A stretch of DNA of 64,000 nt from Planctomycetota bacterium (GTDB taxonomy: Bacteria > Planctomycetota > UBA8108 > SXIK01): contig OZ244999.1 in NCBI GenBank assembly GCA_965223265.1, positions 6,688,001 to 6,752,000 of the forward strand, read 5' to 3'. The position numbers were made by a program, and so were the translations under genes. Shown here piece by piece: positions 1-8,811 of the stretch. Position 1 is the stretch's first letter. Every line of letters starts with the position of its first letter. The notes under the pieces are model-generated. The model saw nothing but the letters and a program-made list of their open reading frames with translations, was not told where the DNA came from and searched no databases.

Positions 1-741
1 CGTACGCCTGCTGGGTCGAGGTGGCATGGGGATCGTCTACGAGGCCACACAGATCTCGGTAGGTCGACGCGTCGCACTCAAGGTTCTCCCGGTGGGTCTG
101 TTGGCAAACCGTCAGGCTGTGACCCGGCTCATGCGAGAGGCCCGCACCGCGTCGAAGATCGACCATCCTTACATATGCACTGTCTTCGACGCAGGCGTGG
201 TCGACGACGTTCCCTACATAGCCATGCGCTTCGTCGAGGGTGACACCCTGTCCAAAAGGGTCTCGGAGGCGAAGGGCAACAGAAAACCTATTTCTGTGTC
301 GACAGAGTGGGTTTTGGACCTCGAACTCTCAGACGACGAGGAGCATGAAAACGCCGATCTCGACGAGTCCGCACCCTCGACTCAATCGGAGATCTATTCG
401 GTGCTGCATTTCATCGAGCGCGTCGCCAGAGCACTCCACGTCACCCACGAGGCAGGACTCATTCACCGTGACATCAAGCCGAGCAACATCATGGTGACCA
501 AAGAAGACGCGCCCGTCATCCTCGACTTTGGACTGGCACGCGAGGACAGTCCCGATTCCTCGACTGTGACTCAAAGCGGGATTCTACTCGGCACGCCGGC
601 CTACATGTCACCCGAGCAAATTGTAGCGGCAGGGATGACTGAGGACGGGGACGGGGGGGATTCCAATCCCAAAGAAGAGAGACCAGCGATCGATCGGCGC
701 TGCGACGTGTTCTCCCTCGGTGTCACCCTCTACGAATGCCT

Positions 742-2149
742 CATAGATTGGGAGGTTAGCCGTAACCGATTATGGGATCGATGTCTACGGTCTCGAAGGC
801 GTTCTTCGTTTGCGGATTCGTTCGTCCGGCTGTCGATCGCAAGAGGAGAAGAACGCGTTTGAGCATCGCGACAAGGGAGCGCGGCTTCGAGATGCAAGCT
901 CGCCCGACGTCCCTGAAGAATGTCCAGCTCAGGTCGGCGGCGATGAACGGTGCGGCATGCTTCCCTGTGTTTCGAAACGCTGAATAGAGTAGGAACCTTC
1001 GGACAAGCACGGCGAGCATGCTCGCCCAGACGAGTCCTTCGACGATGTGAGGATCCTTTGTCTGGAACTTCCGCAAGTTGGTGAACGACTTGCATTCTTT
1101 GAAAAAGAGCTCGATCTGCCAACGCAGTCTGTAGAGAGCCGCGACGATGCTCGGTGGAAACGCTCTAGGGCACAGCGTAGTCAACAGGTACACGTGGACG
1201 TCCTTGTGTCTCACATAGAAGATGACGAGCCGAAGGCAGTGGCCTTTCCCTTCGATAAGCAGATCGACGTTGCTCTTGGGAAGTTTCAGATCGCGAAGTT
1301 TCATCCCTTCCGTTGTGCGGTGCTTGAAGGGACCACGGTAGCACTTGCGGATCTTGGGATTGAACGCCTTGTGGCTCATGCGGCCGAGGAAATCCCCGCC
1401 CGCGGCTCTCACCCGAGCGGGATACTCGTAACTGGTGTACCCCTTGTCCCCCAGGATGAGTTTGCCGGCAACCTCTTCCGGCTCAGGAAGGAAGTCTCGC
1501 TCTGTTTCACTATCGGGCGCGACAGCCACCGCTACCGGTTGGCCGTCGTAGAGACTGTACGTGCAGTGCACTTCGATCGCTGCAGGGGAGATCTTCGTAA
1601 ATCGTCCTGGGAAGTAATCGACGAGTGAATCATTTACCTCGAACGAGCTCCCGTCCTGCGCAACGATGTCTTCGAATCGCCGAAGATACCGTGATCTGCC
1701 GTGTCGAATGGGATCGGACAACTCGCTCATGAACAAGGCCAGCGTCTTACGCATGAACTCCGGAAAGCCGGGAACTGAAAGGCGATCGTGGAACGGCTTG
1801 TAGGACATCGACTCGCCCGTCAGATCGGTAAACAGTCTCAAGACTGCCGCGAGACTGTTTGTCGTTCCCGATCCCATCGCGGTCACGAACGTCCAGACCG
1901 CACGAATAGGCGTGAACTTTCGCAGCCGCTCGAAGAAAACTGCTTCGGACGCGATCGTGTTGATGCTTTTTTCCGAGAGGACCCGTTTCAACGCAGACGC
2001 ACACCGGATAAAATCGTGGCTCATTGTTTGCCCTCCACTTCTTGTTTGGCGATGAGCTGTGGAGGGTTTTTTTACGCGAAAACCAGCGCCCCGTCGATGA
2101 ATCGTCGTAAGTCATCGCCACGATGAGACTTACTAACATCCAATCTATG
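742..2149 (-). mobile_element. IS4-family insertion sequence, 1408 bp
   Basis: Imperfect terminal inverted repeats catagattgggaggttag (from 742) and ctaacatccaatctatg (to 2149); 10-bp direct repeat acgaatgcct at 732-741 and 2150-2159; encloses one transposase gene. Confidence 0.95.
756..2024 (-). CDS. IS4-family DDE transposase
   Basis: 422 aa; QDGS, GDKGY and YRLRWQIELFFK (IS4 YREK-type motif); stop codon lies inside the inverted repeat. Confidence 0.93.
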   Translation of the reverse strand: MSHDFIRCASALKRVLSEKSINTIASEAVFFERLRKFTPIRAVWTFVTAMGSGTTNSLAAVLRLFTDLTGESMSYKPFHDRLSVPGFPEFMRKTLALFMSELSDPIRHGRSRYLRRFEDIVAQDGSSFEVNDSLVDYFPGRFTKISPAAIEVHCTYSLYDGQPVAVAVAPDSETERDFLPEPEEVAGKLILGDKGYTSYEYPARVRAAGGDFLGRMSHKAFNPKIRKCYRGPFKHRTTEGMKLRDLKLPKSNVDLLIEGKGHCLRLVIFYVRHKDVHVYLLTTLCPRAFPPSIVAALYRLRWQIELFFKECKSFTNLRKFQTKDPHIVEGLVWASMLAVLVRRFLLYSAFRNTGKHAAPFIAADLSWTFFRDVGRACISKPRSLVAMLKRVLLLLRSTAGRTNPQTKNAFETVDIDPIIGYG

Positions 2150-3622
2150 ACGAATGCCTAACCTTGACGCATCCCTTTAGCGTCAAAAGTCGAGACGTGA
2201 CGTATCAGAGAATCCTTCACGCTGATCCCGTCAACCCGAGGCGCATCAACCGCAGCATTTCGCGCGACCTCCAGGGTGTCATTGAGAAGGCGCTCGAGAA
2301 AGATGTAAAGCTCCGCTATCAGACAGCGCTCGAGTTTGCCGAAGACCTGCGACGGATCCGAGAGCACGAGCCGACAATTGCGCGCCGGGTTGGGATGGCG
2401 GTTCGAACAGGTCGCTGGATACAAAGGAACCCGCTCGCAGCGACGTTAATCTTAGTTCTGACGCTCGGCTTTGGCGCGTTCGCGGCCTTCGTCCACCAAT
2501 GGGTTGAGGCGGCAAGGCGAGGCGAGATTCTCAAAATCTTAAGTGAGCATCAGACGTCGATCCCTTCCGAATACAGAGCCGAGAGGGCGGCGAGACCTGC
2601 CATGGACCCGGCGTCCAAGCAGATCACCTTCGGCATGTACGAGTACATCAGCGCAAACAAGATAATGGAGAAGTTCGATCCTCTCCTGGCACACTGCGAG
2701 AGGGAGTTAGGGGTTCGTATCAACGTTGCAGTGTATGACTCCTATTCCATCGGCCGAGAGGCGCTTCGACGAGGCATCGTTGATTTCGCTCGTTTTGGCC
2801 CGGTGTCCTACGTTCTGGCCAAAGAGGAGGACCCTGGCATCACAATCCTAGCTATAGAAGAGCGAGACGGAGGAGCGTTGTTCAGCGGGTACATCGCAGT
2901 TCATGAGGACAGCGACATTCAAAGCCTCGCCGATTTGAAGGGGAAGGCTTTTGCCTTCGGCAACACCGACTCTACCTCCGGACGCTATTTGTCACAGGCG
3001 TTGCTGGCGACTCATGACATCTTCGCTGACGACTTGAAATCATACGACTACCATGCCAACCATGAGGAAGTAGCGAAGGCGGTCCTCTCTCGCGATTTCG
3101 ACGCTGGCGCAATGACCGAAAGCACATTCAAGACGTACGAAAGTAAGGGGCTCAGGTCCATCGCCAGCTTTCCGATCCGCACCAAGCCCGTGGTGGCGAG
3201 GAGTCAGCTTGACCCAGAGATCATCTCAGCGCTCAAGAAAGCGCTTCTGACCCTCAAATTCTCAGACGATGAGAACATCCTCAAAGCGCTGTCAAGCAAA
3301 TCCACCGGATTCCGCCCGGGAGAAGACGCGGCGTACGAGAAGACGCGAGAGGGAATGCGCGATGCGAAGAGATTCCTAAACCGCTGACGACAGGGTCGTG
3401 GCGCACGCCCGTGGCAGAGTAGCAGACACACCCCCGCGTGCCAGCGCAGCGAAGCGTGGAACACATCGCGCTGTGCGTCCTTGAGAGGTTAGCCAGTCAG
3501 GTTCTCAGGTTCCGACGGAATTCGACGTGCTGTCGACACACGGAGGCGGTACGATCGTCTTTTTCGTACCGGCCGTTCGTCGAGCCTGGTGACCCGCTAC
3601 TGTTTGTGCTTCGACCCGCGCA

Positions 3623-4270
3623 ATGCCCGACTACGCTCTGATGAACCAATTGCTCTACCTCGGCAAGGCTGCGGAGGTCAAAGCGATGACCGAGACAGCT
3701 CTTACGGACGGGCGCCCAGTTGAGGAAATTCTCGAGGACGGGTTGATCTGTGGGATGAACGTCGTCGGCGAAGACTTCAAACACAACCGCCTCTATGTGC
3801 CTGAGGTGTTAATCGCGGCGCGGGCAATGAAGGCAGGCGTCGAGGTGTTGCGGCCGCTCTTGACCAAATCCGACAATGTCAAACCGGCGGGTACGCTCGT
3901 CATGGGCACCGTCAAGGGAGACTTGCACGACATTGGAAAAAACCTCGTCTGCATGATGGCCGAAGGCGCCGGATTTAAGGTGATCAACCTTGGGGTCGAC
4001 CAGGCAGCCGAGAACTTTGTCAACGCCGTGAAGGAACACAACGCAGACATCGTCGGCATGAGCGCGCTGCTCACGACAACGATGGTCTACATGAAAACTG
4101 TTGTAGATGCTTTCAAAGAATCTGGGCTCGACCAAGTGAAGACGTGCGTTGGTGGCGCGCCGGTCAGTCAGATGTTCGCCGACGAGATCGGCGCCGATGG
4201 GTATGCGGCGGATGCTTCGAGCGCGGTGGAGCTGTTCAAGTCGCTACGCCCAGCAGCGGTTGACGGTTAG
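3623..4270 (+). CDS. Cobalamin-binding corrinoid protein (MtaC/MttC-like; MetH cap plus B12-binding domain)
   Basis: YVPEVLIAARAM cap motif, GDLHDIGKNLV (DxHxxG), GMSALLTTT, GGAPVS, IGADGYA. Confidence 0.92.
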   Translation: MPDYALMNQLLYLGKAAEVKAMTETALTDGRPVEEILEDGLICGMNVVGEDFKHNRLYVPEVLIAARAMKAGVEVLRPLLTKSDNVKPAGTLVMGTVKGDLHDIGKNLVCMMAEGAGFKVINLGVDQAAENFVNAVKEHNADIVGMSALLTTTMVYMKTVVDAFKESGLDQVKTCVGGAPVSQMFADEIGADGYAADASSAVELFKSLRPAAVDG

Positions 4271-4449
4271 CAGCCTGCCTGAAAAAGTGCTTCGAGCCGA
4301 AAACTGGTCTCTTCGCGTCCAGATCGGCCGCGGCAAACGCAGGCAATCTTCGGGCCCTCTTCTTTCGATTCTGATGGCGAGTTTGACGCGGCCCGTCTGG
4401 GCGTGAAGAGACCAGTTTCTTCGGCCGAATGACTTTTTCAGGCGGGCTG
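4271..4449. mobile_element. Palindromic MITE-like element, 179 bp, TTAG target duplication
   Basis: Arms cagcctgcctgaaaaagt...aactggtctcttcgcgtccaga and tctgggcgtgaagagaccagtt...actttttcaggcgggctg form a long imperfect inverted repeat; ttag at 4267-4270 and 4450-4453; related sequence at 52043-52088. Confidence 0.75.
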
Positions 4450-4497
4450 TTAGCTCGAGTCATCAGCCGTTGAGTGTGCGCCATGAAAATGGGAGCT

Positions 4498-6126
4498 ATG
4501 CCCCTGAAGCTTGAAATCAATGCTCGATCGATCCCGGCTGAGAAAGGCCGCTCGCTCTTCGATCACGCAGAGTCAGTCGGAATCCACGTGCCGACCTCGT
4601 GTCGAAAGCAAGGCAAATGCCGCGAGTGTCTTGTCGAAGTGACCGCCGGCATGGATCTCCTCAACCCTCGCTGCCGTGAGGAAGAGCATCTAAGCGGCGC
4701 GTTCCGTCTTTCGTGCCGAGCACACCCGGTCGAGACAAACGGAACGGTGCGTTGCCACACGTTGCGTCGAGCCGCTATGCGCATCGACGAAGGAATGACA
4801 CAGCCGCGCCGCCGTTTTCCGCTCGAGCCCGCAGTGGTTCGCCGGGCTGACACGGTCCTGCTCGATGGTCGAGAAATCGGGACGTCGAACAAACCACTCT
4901 ACGGTCTCGCCGTCGACCTCGGAACCACTACCGTCGTGATGCGTTTAGTGAACCTCGAGACCGGAGAGATCACCGCGGCGCAGTCGTTCGAAAACCCGCA
5001 GCGATTTGCTGGCTCCGACGTCATGGCTCGCATTTGCTTCGACACCGAGCATCCCGGACGGCTGCAACAGCGAACACTTCTCGGCTATATGTCGCGAGCC
5101 ATCGAGTCGTTTCCGTGTTCTTCAGACACGATCTACGAGATGGTCGTCGCCGGTAACGCTACCATGCGCGACCTGTTCTTCGGTCTTGACGTTCGCTCCA
5201 TTGGTCAGCGCCCCTACCGTTCGTTGACCGAACACGAGCTTCTGGCCGGGAAACGGCAGACCACGAGCCTCGTGGCCGCAGCACGTCGCCTGCGGTTGCC
5301 GCTGCACGCCGAAGCGCGTATCTACGGCCTTCCGCTCGTTGGCTGCCACGTCGGAGCTGACGCCGCTGCGTGCTTACTCGCGATCGACCTCATGAACGAA
5401 CGACGAACAGTCGCCCTCATGGACATCGGCACCAACAGTGAGCTCATCGTCGGCCATCGCGACCGGGCACTCGCTGCTTCTTGTCCCGCCGGACCCGCTT
5501 TCGAAGGCGGCAGTATCGCATGTGGCATGCCTGGTCTCGACGGCGCCATCGAAGGCGTCAAGCTCGCATTGGGAGACGCACCACACCTCAAGATCATCGG
5601 TGACGGTCGCGCCGCCGGCATTTGCGGTTCAGGTCTCGTAGAACTGTTGAGTGAACTGCTGCGGACCGAACAGATGACGGAGCTCGGCCGCCTTGGGCAC
5701 GGCGTGCCACGATTCGATCTCGACAACTCAGGCAAAATCTTCCTCGAAGAACGCGACATCAGCGAACTCGCGCAGGCGAAGGGCGCCAACGTGGCCGGGC
5801 TTCGCATCGTAACGAAGAACTACGGCATCGACTTTGATGAAATCGACACCTTCTATCTCGCCGGCGGATTCGGGCGGCATCTCTCCGTCGACGCGGCTCG
5901 ACGCATCGGTCTGATCCCTGATCTACCTGACGATAGAATCGTACAGCTAGGAAATGCTTCGATCGAAGGCGCCACGTACGCACTTCTTTCGGTACCGCAG
6001 CGCATGCAATTAGAGGATTTCGTGTGTAGAATCGGTCACGTTGAACTCGAGACGGACTCCGACTTTTTCGACCATTTTGTCGAAGGCTGCCAATTTCAGC
6101 GCTTGCAGAGTGTGGCGAAGGAATAG
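4498..6126 (+). CDS. Reductive activator of corrinoid proteins (RACo/RamA-like; 2Fe-2S plus ASKHA ATPase)
   Basis: CRKQGKCREC...RLSC ferredoxin motif; VDLGTTT, MDIGTNSE, AGPAFEG, GICGSG, LAGGFG; gggag RBS before ATG 4498. Confidence 0.9.
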   Translation: MPLKLEINARSIPAEKGRSLFDHAESVGIHVPTSCRKQGKCRECLVEVTAGMDLLNPRCREEEHLSGAFRLSCRAHPVETNGTVRCHTLRRAAMRIDEGMTQPRRRFPLEPAVVRRADTVLLDGREIGTSNKPLYGLAVDLGTTTVVMRLVNLETGEITAAQSFENPQRFAGSDVMARICFDTEHPGRLQQRTLLGYMSRAIESFPCSSDTIYEMVVAGNATMRDLFFGLDVRSIGQRPYRSLTEHELLAGKRQTTSLVAAARRLRLPLHAEARIYGLPLVGCHVGADAAACLLAIDLMNERRTVALMDIGTNSELIVGHRDRALAASCPAGPAFEGGSIACGMPGLDGAIEGVKLALGDAPHLKIIGDGRAAGICGSGLVELLSELLRTEQMTELGRLGHGVPRFDLDNSGKIFLEERDISELAQAKGANVAGLRIVTKNYGIDFDEIDTFYLAGGFGRHLSVDAARRIGLIPDLPDDRIVQLGNASIEGATYALLSVPQRMQLEDFVCRIGHVELETDSDFFDHFVEGCQFQRLQSVAKE

Positions 6127-6179
6127 CGGACTCGTTGACCGCCGGGGGCACGATAATCAGAGGCACTAACTCGCAAGCG

Positions 6180-7502
6180 ATGATCAGACGACATTTGCGT
6201 AACGTGATGGCCTCTGCGATGGCAGTTGAGAAACCGGATATTGTTCGACTCCTCGGCTATCCGCAAGGCCACGCATGCAGTGAGGAGGTCGAAGAACTCA
6301 TCCACTCAGCGCGACAGTGGTACGCTGAGAACGGTCGTCCGTGGGTCTGCATGAGCGCTCACCGCATCAACTCGATCGCGAGCGGCGAGGTGCGTCTCGA
6401 CTGTGGCTCTATCCTCAAGAGCGAGACCCTATCAAGAAGATTCGACGAGGCCGGGGTCGACGTGGCTGTCGCTGCCGGCATCAGCGCAGGCGACGAACTT
6501 AGCCGCGAGGTCCATGGGCTTTGGCAAGCCGGTCGACCCGATGCAGCATTCGTCCTCGACTCCGTTGGTTCCGCGATCGCGGAACAGCTTGTGCAGGCTG
6601 TCCGAGTTCAACTGTGCGAAGACGTCGAAGAAGACGGCTATGGGGTTCTGTCTCACTATAGTCCCGGGTACGCCGGCTGGAGCCTCGACGATCAACGCAC
6701 TCTTTTCGCCCTACTGCGGGAACGTGAATCGACTGCTGTCAAGGACGCCGCGCCCGACGCAATCGAAGTTCTCGAGTCGGGAGCGCTGCGACCTCCGAAG
6801 TCCCTCCTGGCTCTGTTCGGATGCACTCCACGCCACTTGGCTCGCGGCGCAACACGGGTGCCGTGCAGAGATTGCACCCATTCGCCGTGCACCTATCGCC
6901 GAGCACCGTTCGAGTCCCGCTCGGTGTCAGAGATCGCAAGCGCAGTGCCGGCCGAGACTGCAGCGCGCAAATCCCGACGGTTGGAGCAGAAACACCGGCG
7001 CGACGTTCTGTCTGAATTCGCGTTCCCCGAGAAAGCACTCTCACGCTGGTCGCGTGACCATCTGACGTTGAGCAAAACTGCTGACGGAAGCGTTCACGCT
7101 CGATTCCTCTATCATGGTACCACTTGCACCAATCTCGGCGTTCCTGTGACGATTCCGTTCGACGTTGACCTTGTTCGCACCGCTGATAAAGACTACATTG
7201 TCGCGCGCGCCTCATACAGTTTCGACGAAGAGCTTCAAGGCTTTCGAGCGATGTGCGCTTACCTGACAGACCCAAATTCGATCTCGGGATCGTCTGCCTG
7301 CCCACCGCTCGAAGGTCAAAGATTGAGCGCTGCCCTCGACTGGCACCCCGAAGTCACTCCGTCGGGCTGTGTTTGCTCACAAACGGACCGTGATCATAAG
7401 TGGCGCATCGTCCTACAAACGATTCTTTACGCCCTCTCTGCTCCGGTCGAGTCCACCGCCTCGCAGGGAAGCGACGAGATTCGAGGCTACGTTGCAACAT
7501 GA
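6180..7502 (+). CDS. Methionine-synthase reactivation-domain-like protein with Cys-rich C-terminal extension
   Basis: YSPGYAGWSLDDQ and LRPPKS motifs, CRDCTHSPCTYR; stop overlaps next start (ATGA at 7499-7502). Start uncertain (6135-6219). Confidence 0.7.
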   Translation: MIRRHLRNVMASAMAVEKPDIVRLLGYPQGHACSEEVEELIHSARQWYAENGRPWVCMSAHRINSIASGEVRLDCGSILKSETLSRRFDEAGVDVAVAAGISAGDELSREVHGLWQAGRPDAAFVLDSVGSAIAEQLVQAVRVQLCEDVEEDGYGVLSHYSPGYAGWSLDDQRTLFALLRERESTAVKDAAPDAIEVLESGALRPPKSLLALFGCTPRHLARGATRVPCRDCTHSPCTYRRAPFESRSVSEIASAVPAETAARKSRRLEQKHRRDVLSEFAFPEKALSRWSRDHLTLSKTADGSVHARFLYHGTTCTNLGVPVTIPFDVDLVRTADKDYIVARASYSFDEELQGFRAMCAYLTDPNSISGSSACPPLEGQRLSAALDWHPEVTPSGCVCSQTDRDHKWRIVLQTILYALSAPVESTASQGSDEIRGYVAT

Positions 7503-8407
7503 CCTACGCCTTCATCGAGGCTCTCAGCGAGAAAGTACTTTTGGGCGACGGCGCCATGGGGACTCAGCTTCAACAGAGTGGACTCGAACCCGGTGGCTGT
7601 GGTGAAGCATGGAACGCCGACGCGCCGGCGCGTGTACTGGCGATTCACCAAGCGTACGTTGAGGCGGGCTCTGACTGTCTGATCACCAACACCTTTGGTG
7701 GCTCTCGCATCATGCTTGAGCGTCACGGTTTTGGCGACCGTGTGAGCGAAATCAACCGCGCTGCCGCGCAGCTTGCGCGCCAAGCTTTCGGTGAACGCCC
7801 GGGTTTCGTACTCGGCGATATAGGCCCGTTCGGCGGCCTCATGGAGCCGTACGGCGAGATCAAACCGGAGGCTGTCCAGTCGGCTTTCCTGGAGCAGGCA
7901 GAAGCGCTTGTCGCCGGCGGAGTTGACGCCATTATCATAGAGACTCAAACGTCGCTCGAAGAGCTCGAGATCGCGATCGAAGCTGCTCGCGCCGCCGGTG
8001 CGCGCTGTGTCATCGGCTCGGTGGCGTTCGACGTCACACTTGACGGCTCCGAAGCCCGGACGATGATGGGAGTCGACCCCGAAGCGGCAGCGAAGTTCAT
8101 GGCGGCGCTGGGAGTGGATGTCATCGCCCTCAACTGCGGCACCGGCATCGACATGGAATGGGCCGCAAAGATTGCTGCGCGGTACCGAAATGTGTGTGAT
8201 TCACCGCTGATGGCTCAACCCAACGCGGGCACCCCCTCTCTCGAAGACATGCGAGTCGTGTATAAGCAGCGTCCCGAAGAAATGGCGTCGACGTGCGGCG
8301 CCGTGCTGACGGCAGGTGTGGGAGTCATTGGGGCATGTTGCGGGAGCACACCAGAGCACATTCGAGCGCTGCGCGCCAAACTCGACGAATACAACAGAGA
8401 GGCGTGA
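7499..8407 (+). CDS. Homocysteine S-methyltransferase family protein (stand-alone MetH Hcy-binding domain)
   Basis: LLGDGAMGTQL, IHQAYVEAGSD, TNTFG, ALNCG, QPNAG, GACCGSTPEHI (three Zn-ligand Cys present). Confidence 0.92.
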   Translation: MTYAFIEALSEKVLLGDGAMGTQLQQSGLEPGGCGEAWNADAPARVLAIHQAYVEAGSDCLITNTFGGSRIMLERHGFGDRVSEINRAAAQLARQAFGERPGFVLGDIGPFGGLMEPYGEIKPEAVQSAFLEQAEALVAGGVDAIIIETQTSLEELEIAIEAARAAGARCVIGSVAFDVTLDGSEARTMMGVDPEAAAKFMAALGVDVIALNCGTGIDMEWAAKIAARYRNVCDSPLMAQPNAGTPSLEDMRVVYKQRPEEMASTCGAVLTAGVGVIGACCGSTPEHIRALRAKLDEYNREA

Positions 8408-8413
8408 ACCGAC

Positions 8414-8749
8414 GTGAGAGTACGCATCGGACCTGTGAACGCGGAGGCCGAGAAACTCATTCCGCCCGCACAACCAGACGGCTCGAAGATCGGCGTCAAC
8501 CACGCCGACGCGTATATCAAGGCGATCAATACGACTCTCGAAGACGGCAGACAAGTATCGTGCAAACGGCGTGGCCTAAGCATTATCCTGACGATCGGCG
8601 ATCGCCAAGGTGAAGGTCTTATGAGGCGAATCGAACATGGCCCGGACGTACGACAGATCCTTCGTCATGCTCTTGAGACGGCGGCACTCGACGCCGGAGC
8701 GCGGCTGACGGTTGAAGGGGGAGAGATCTTCCTGTCGCTTGACGAGTAG
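8414..8749 (+). CDS. Hypothetical protein, 111 aa
   Basis: Co-oriented, 6 bp after the previous stop, gagg upstream, protein-like composition; no recognisable motif. Confidence 0.6.
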   Translation: MRVRIGPVNAEAEKLIPPAQPDGSKIGVNHADAYIKAINTTLEDGRQVSCKRRGLSIILTIGDRQGEGLMRRIEHGPDVRQILRHALETAALDAGARLTVEGGEIFLSLDE

Positions 8750-8811
8750 TTCGCCCGATTCCATTTCGCCGGGAGCGCGAAGAGTCCGAGAACAAGAGAT
8801 CGAGGAAACCC

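Larger units (their letters stand above)
1..3387 (+). pseudogene. Ser/Thr protein kinase - TM - PhnD/phosphonate-binding-like domain fusion, interrupted by IS4 (5' end outside window)
   Basis: 5' part (to 741) has ALKVL, HRDIKPSN, DFG, YMSPEQ. Removing the IS plus one TSD copy rejoins TAC GAA TGC CT|A ACC TTG ACG CAT (YECLTLTHPF) in frame with ORF 2164..3387, which holds the rest of the kinase C-lobe, TM LAATLILVLTLGFGAFAAFV and a PhnD-like domain (FGNTDSTSG, H..VA.AVL...DAGA). Confidence 0.9.

Noticed and set aside
742-862. C-terminal tail of ORF 26..862 (IDWEVSRN...)
   Set aside because: Read-through into the IS4 end, not real kinase sequence.
2164-3387. Stand-alone phosphonate ABC binding protein gene
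   Set aside because: Its N-terminus is kinase C-lobe sequence in frame with the 5' kinase half, and no ABC genes are adjacent.
3388-3622. Cobalamin or SAM riboswitch upstream of the corrinoid gene
   Set aside because: Only a short cccgctactgt resemblance; the other conserved elements are not visible. An Rfam scan would settle it.
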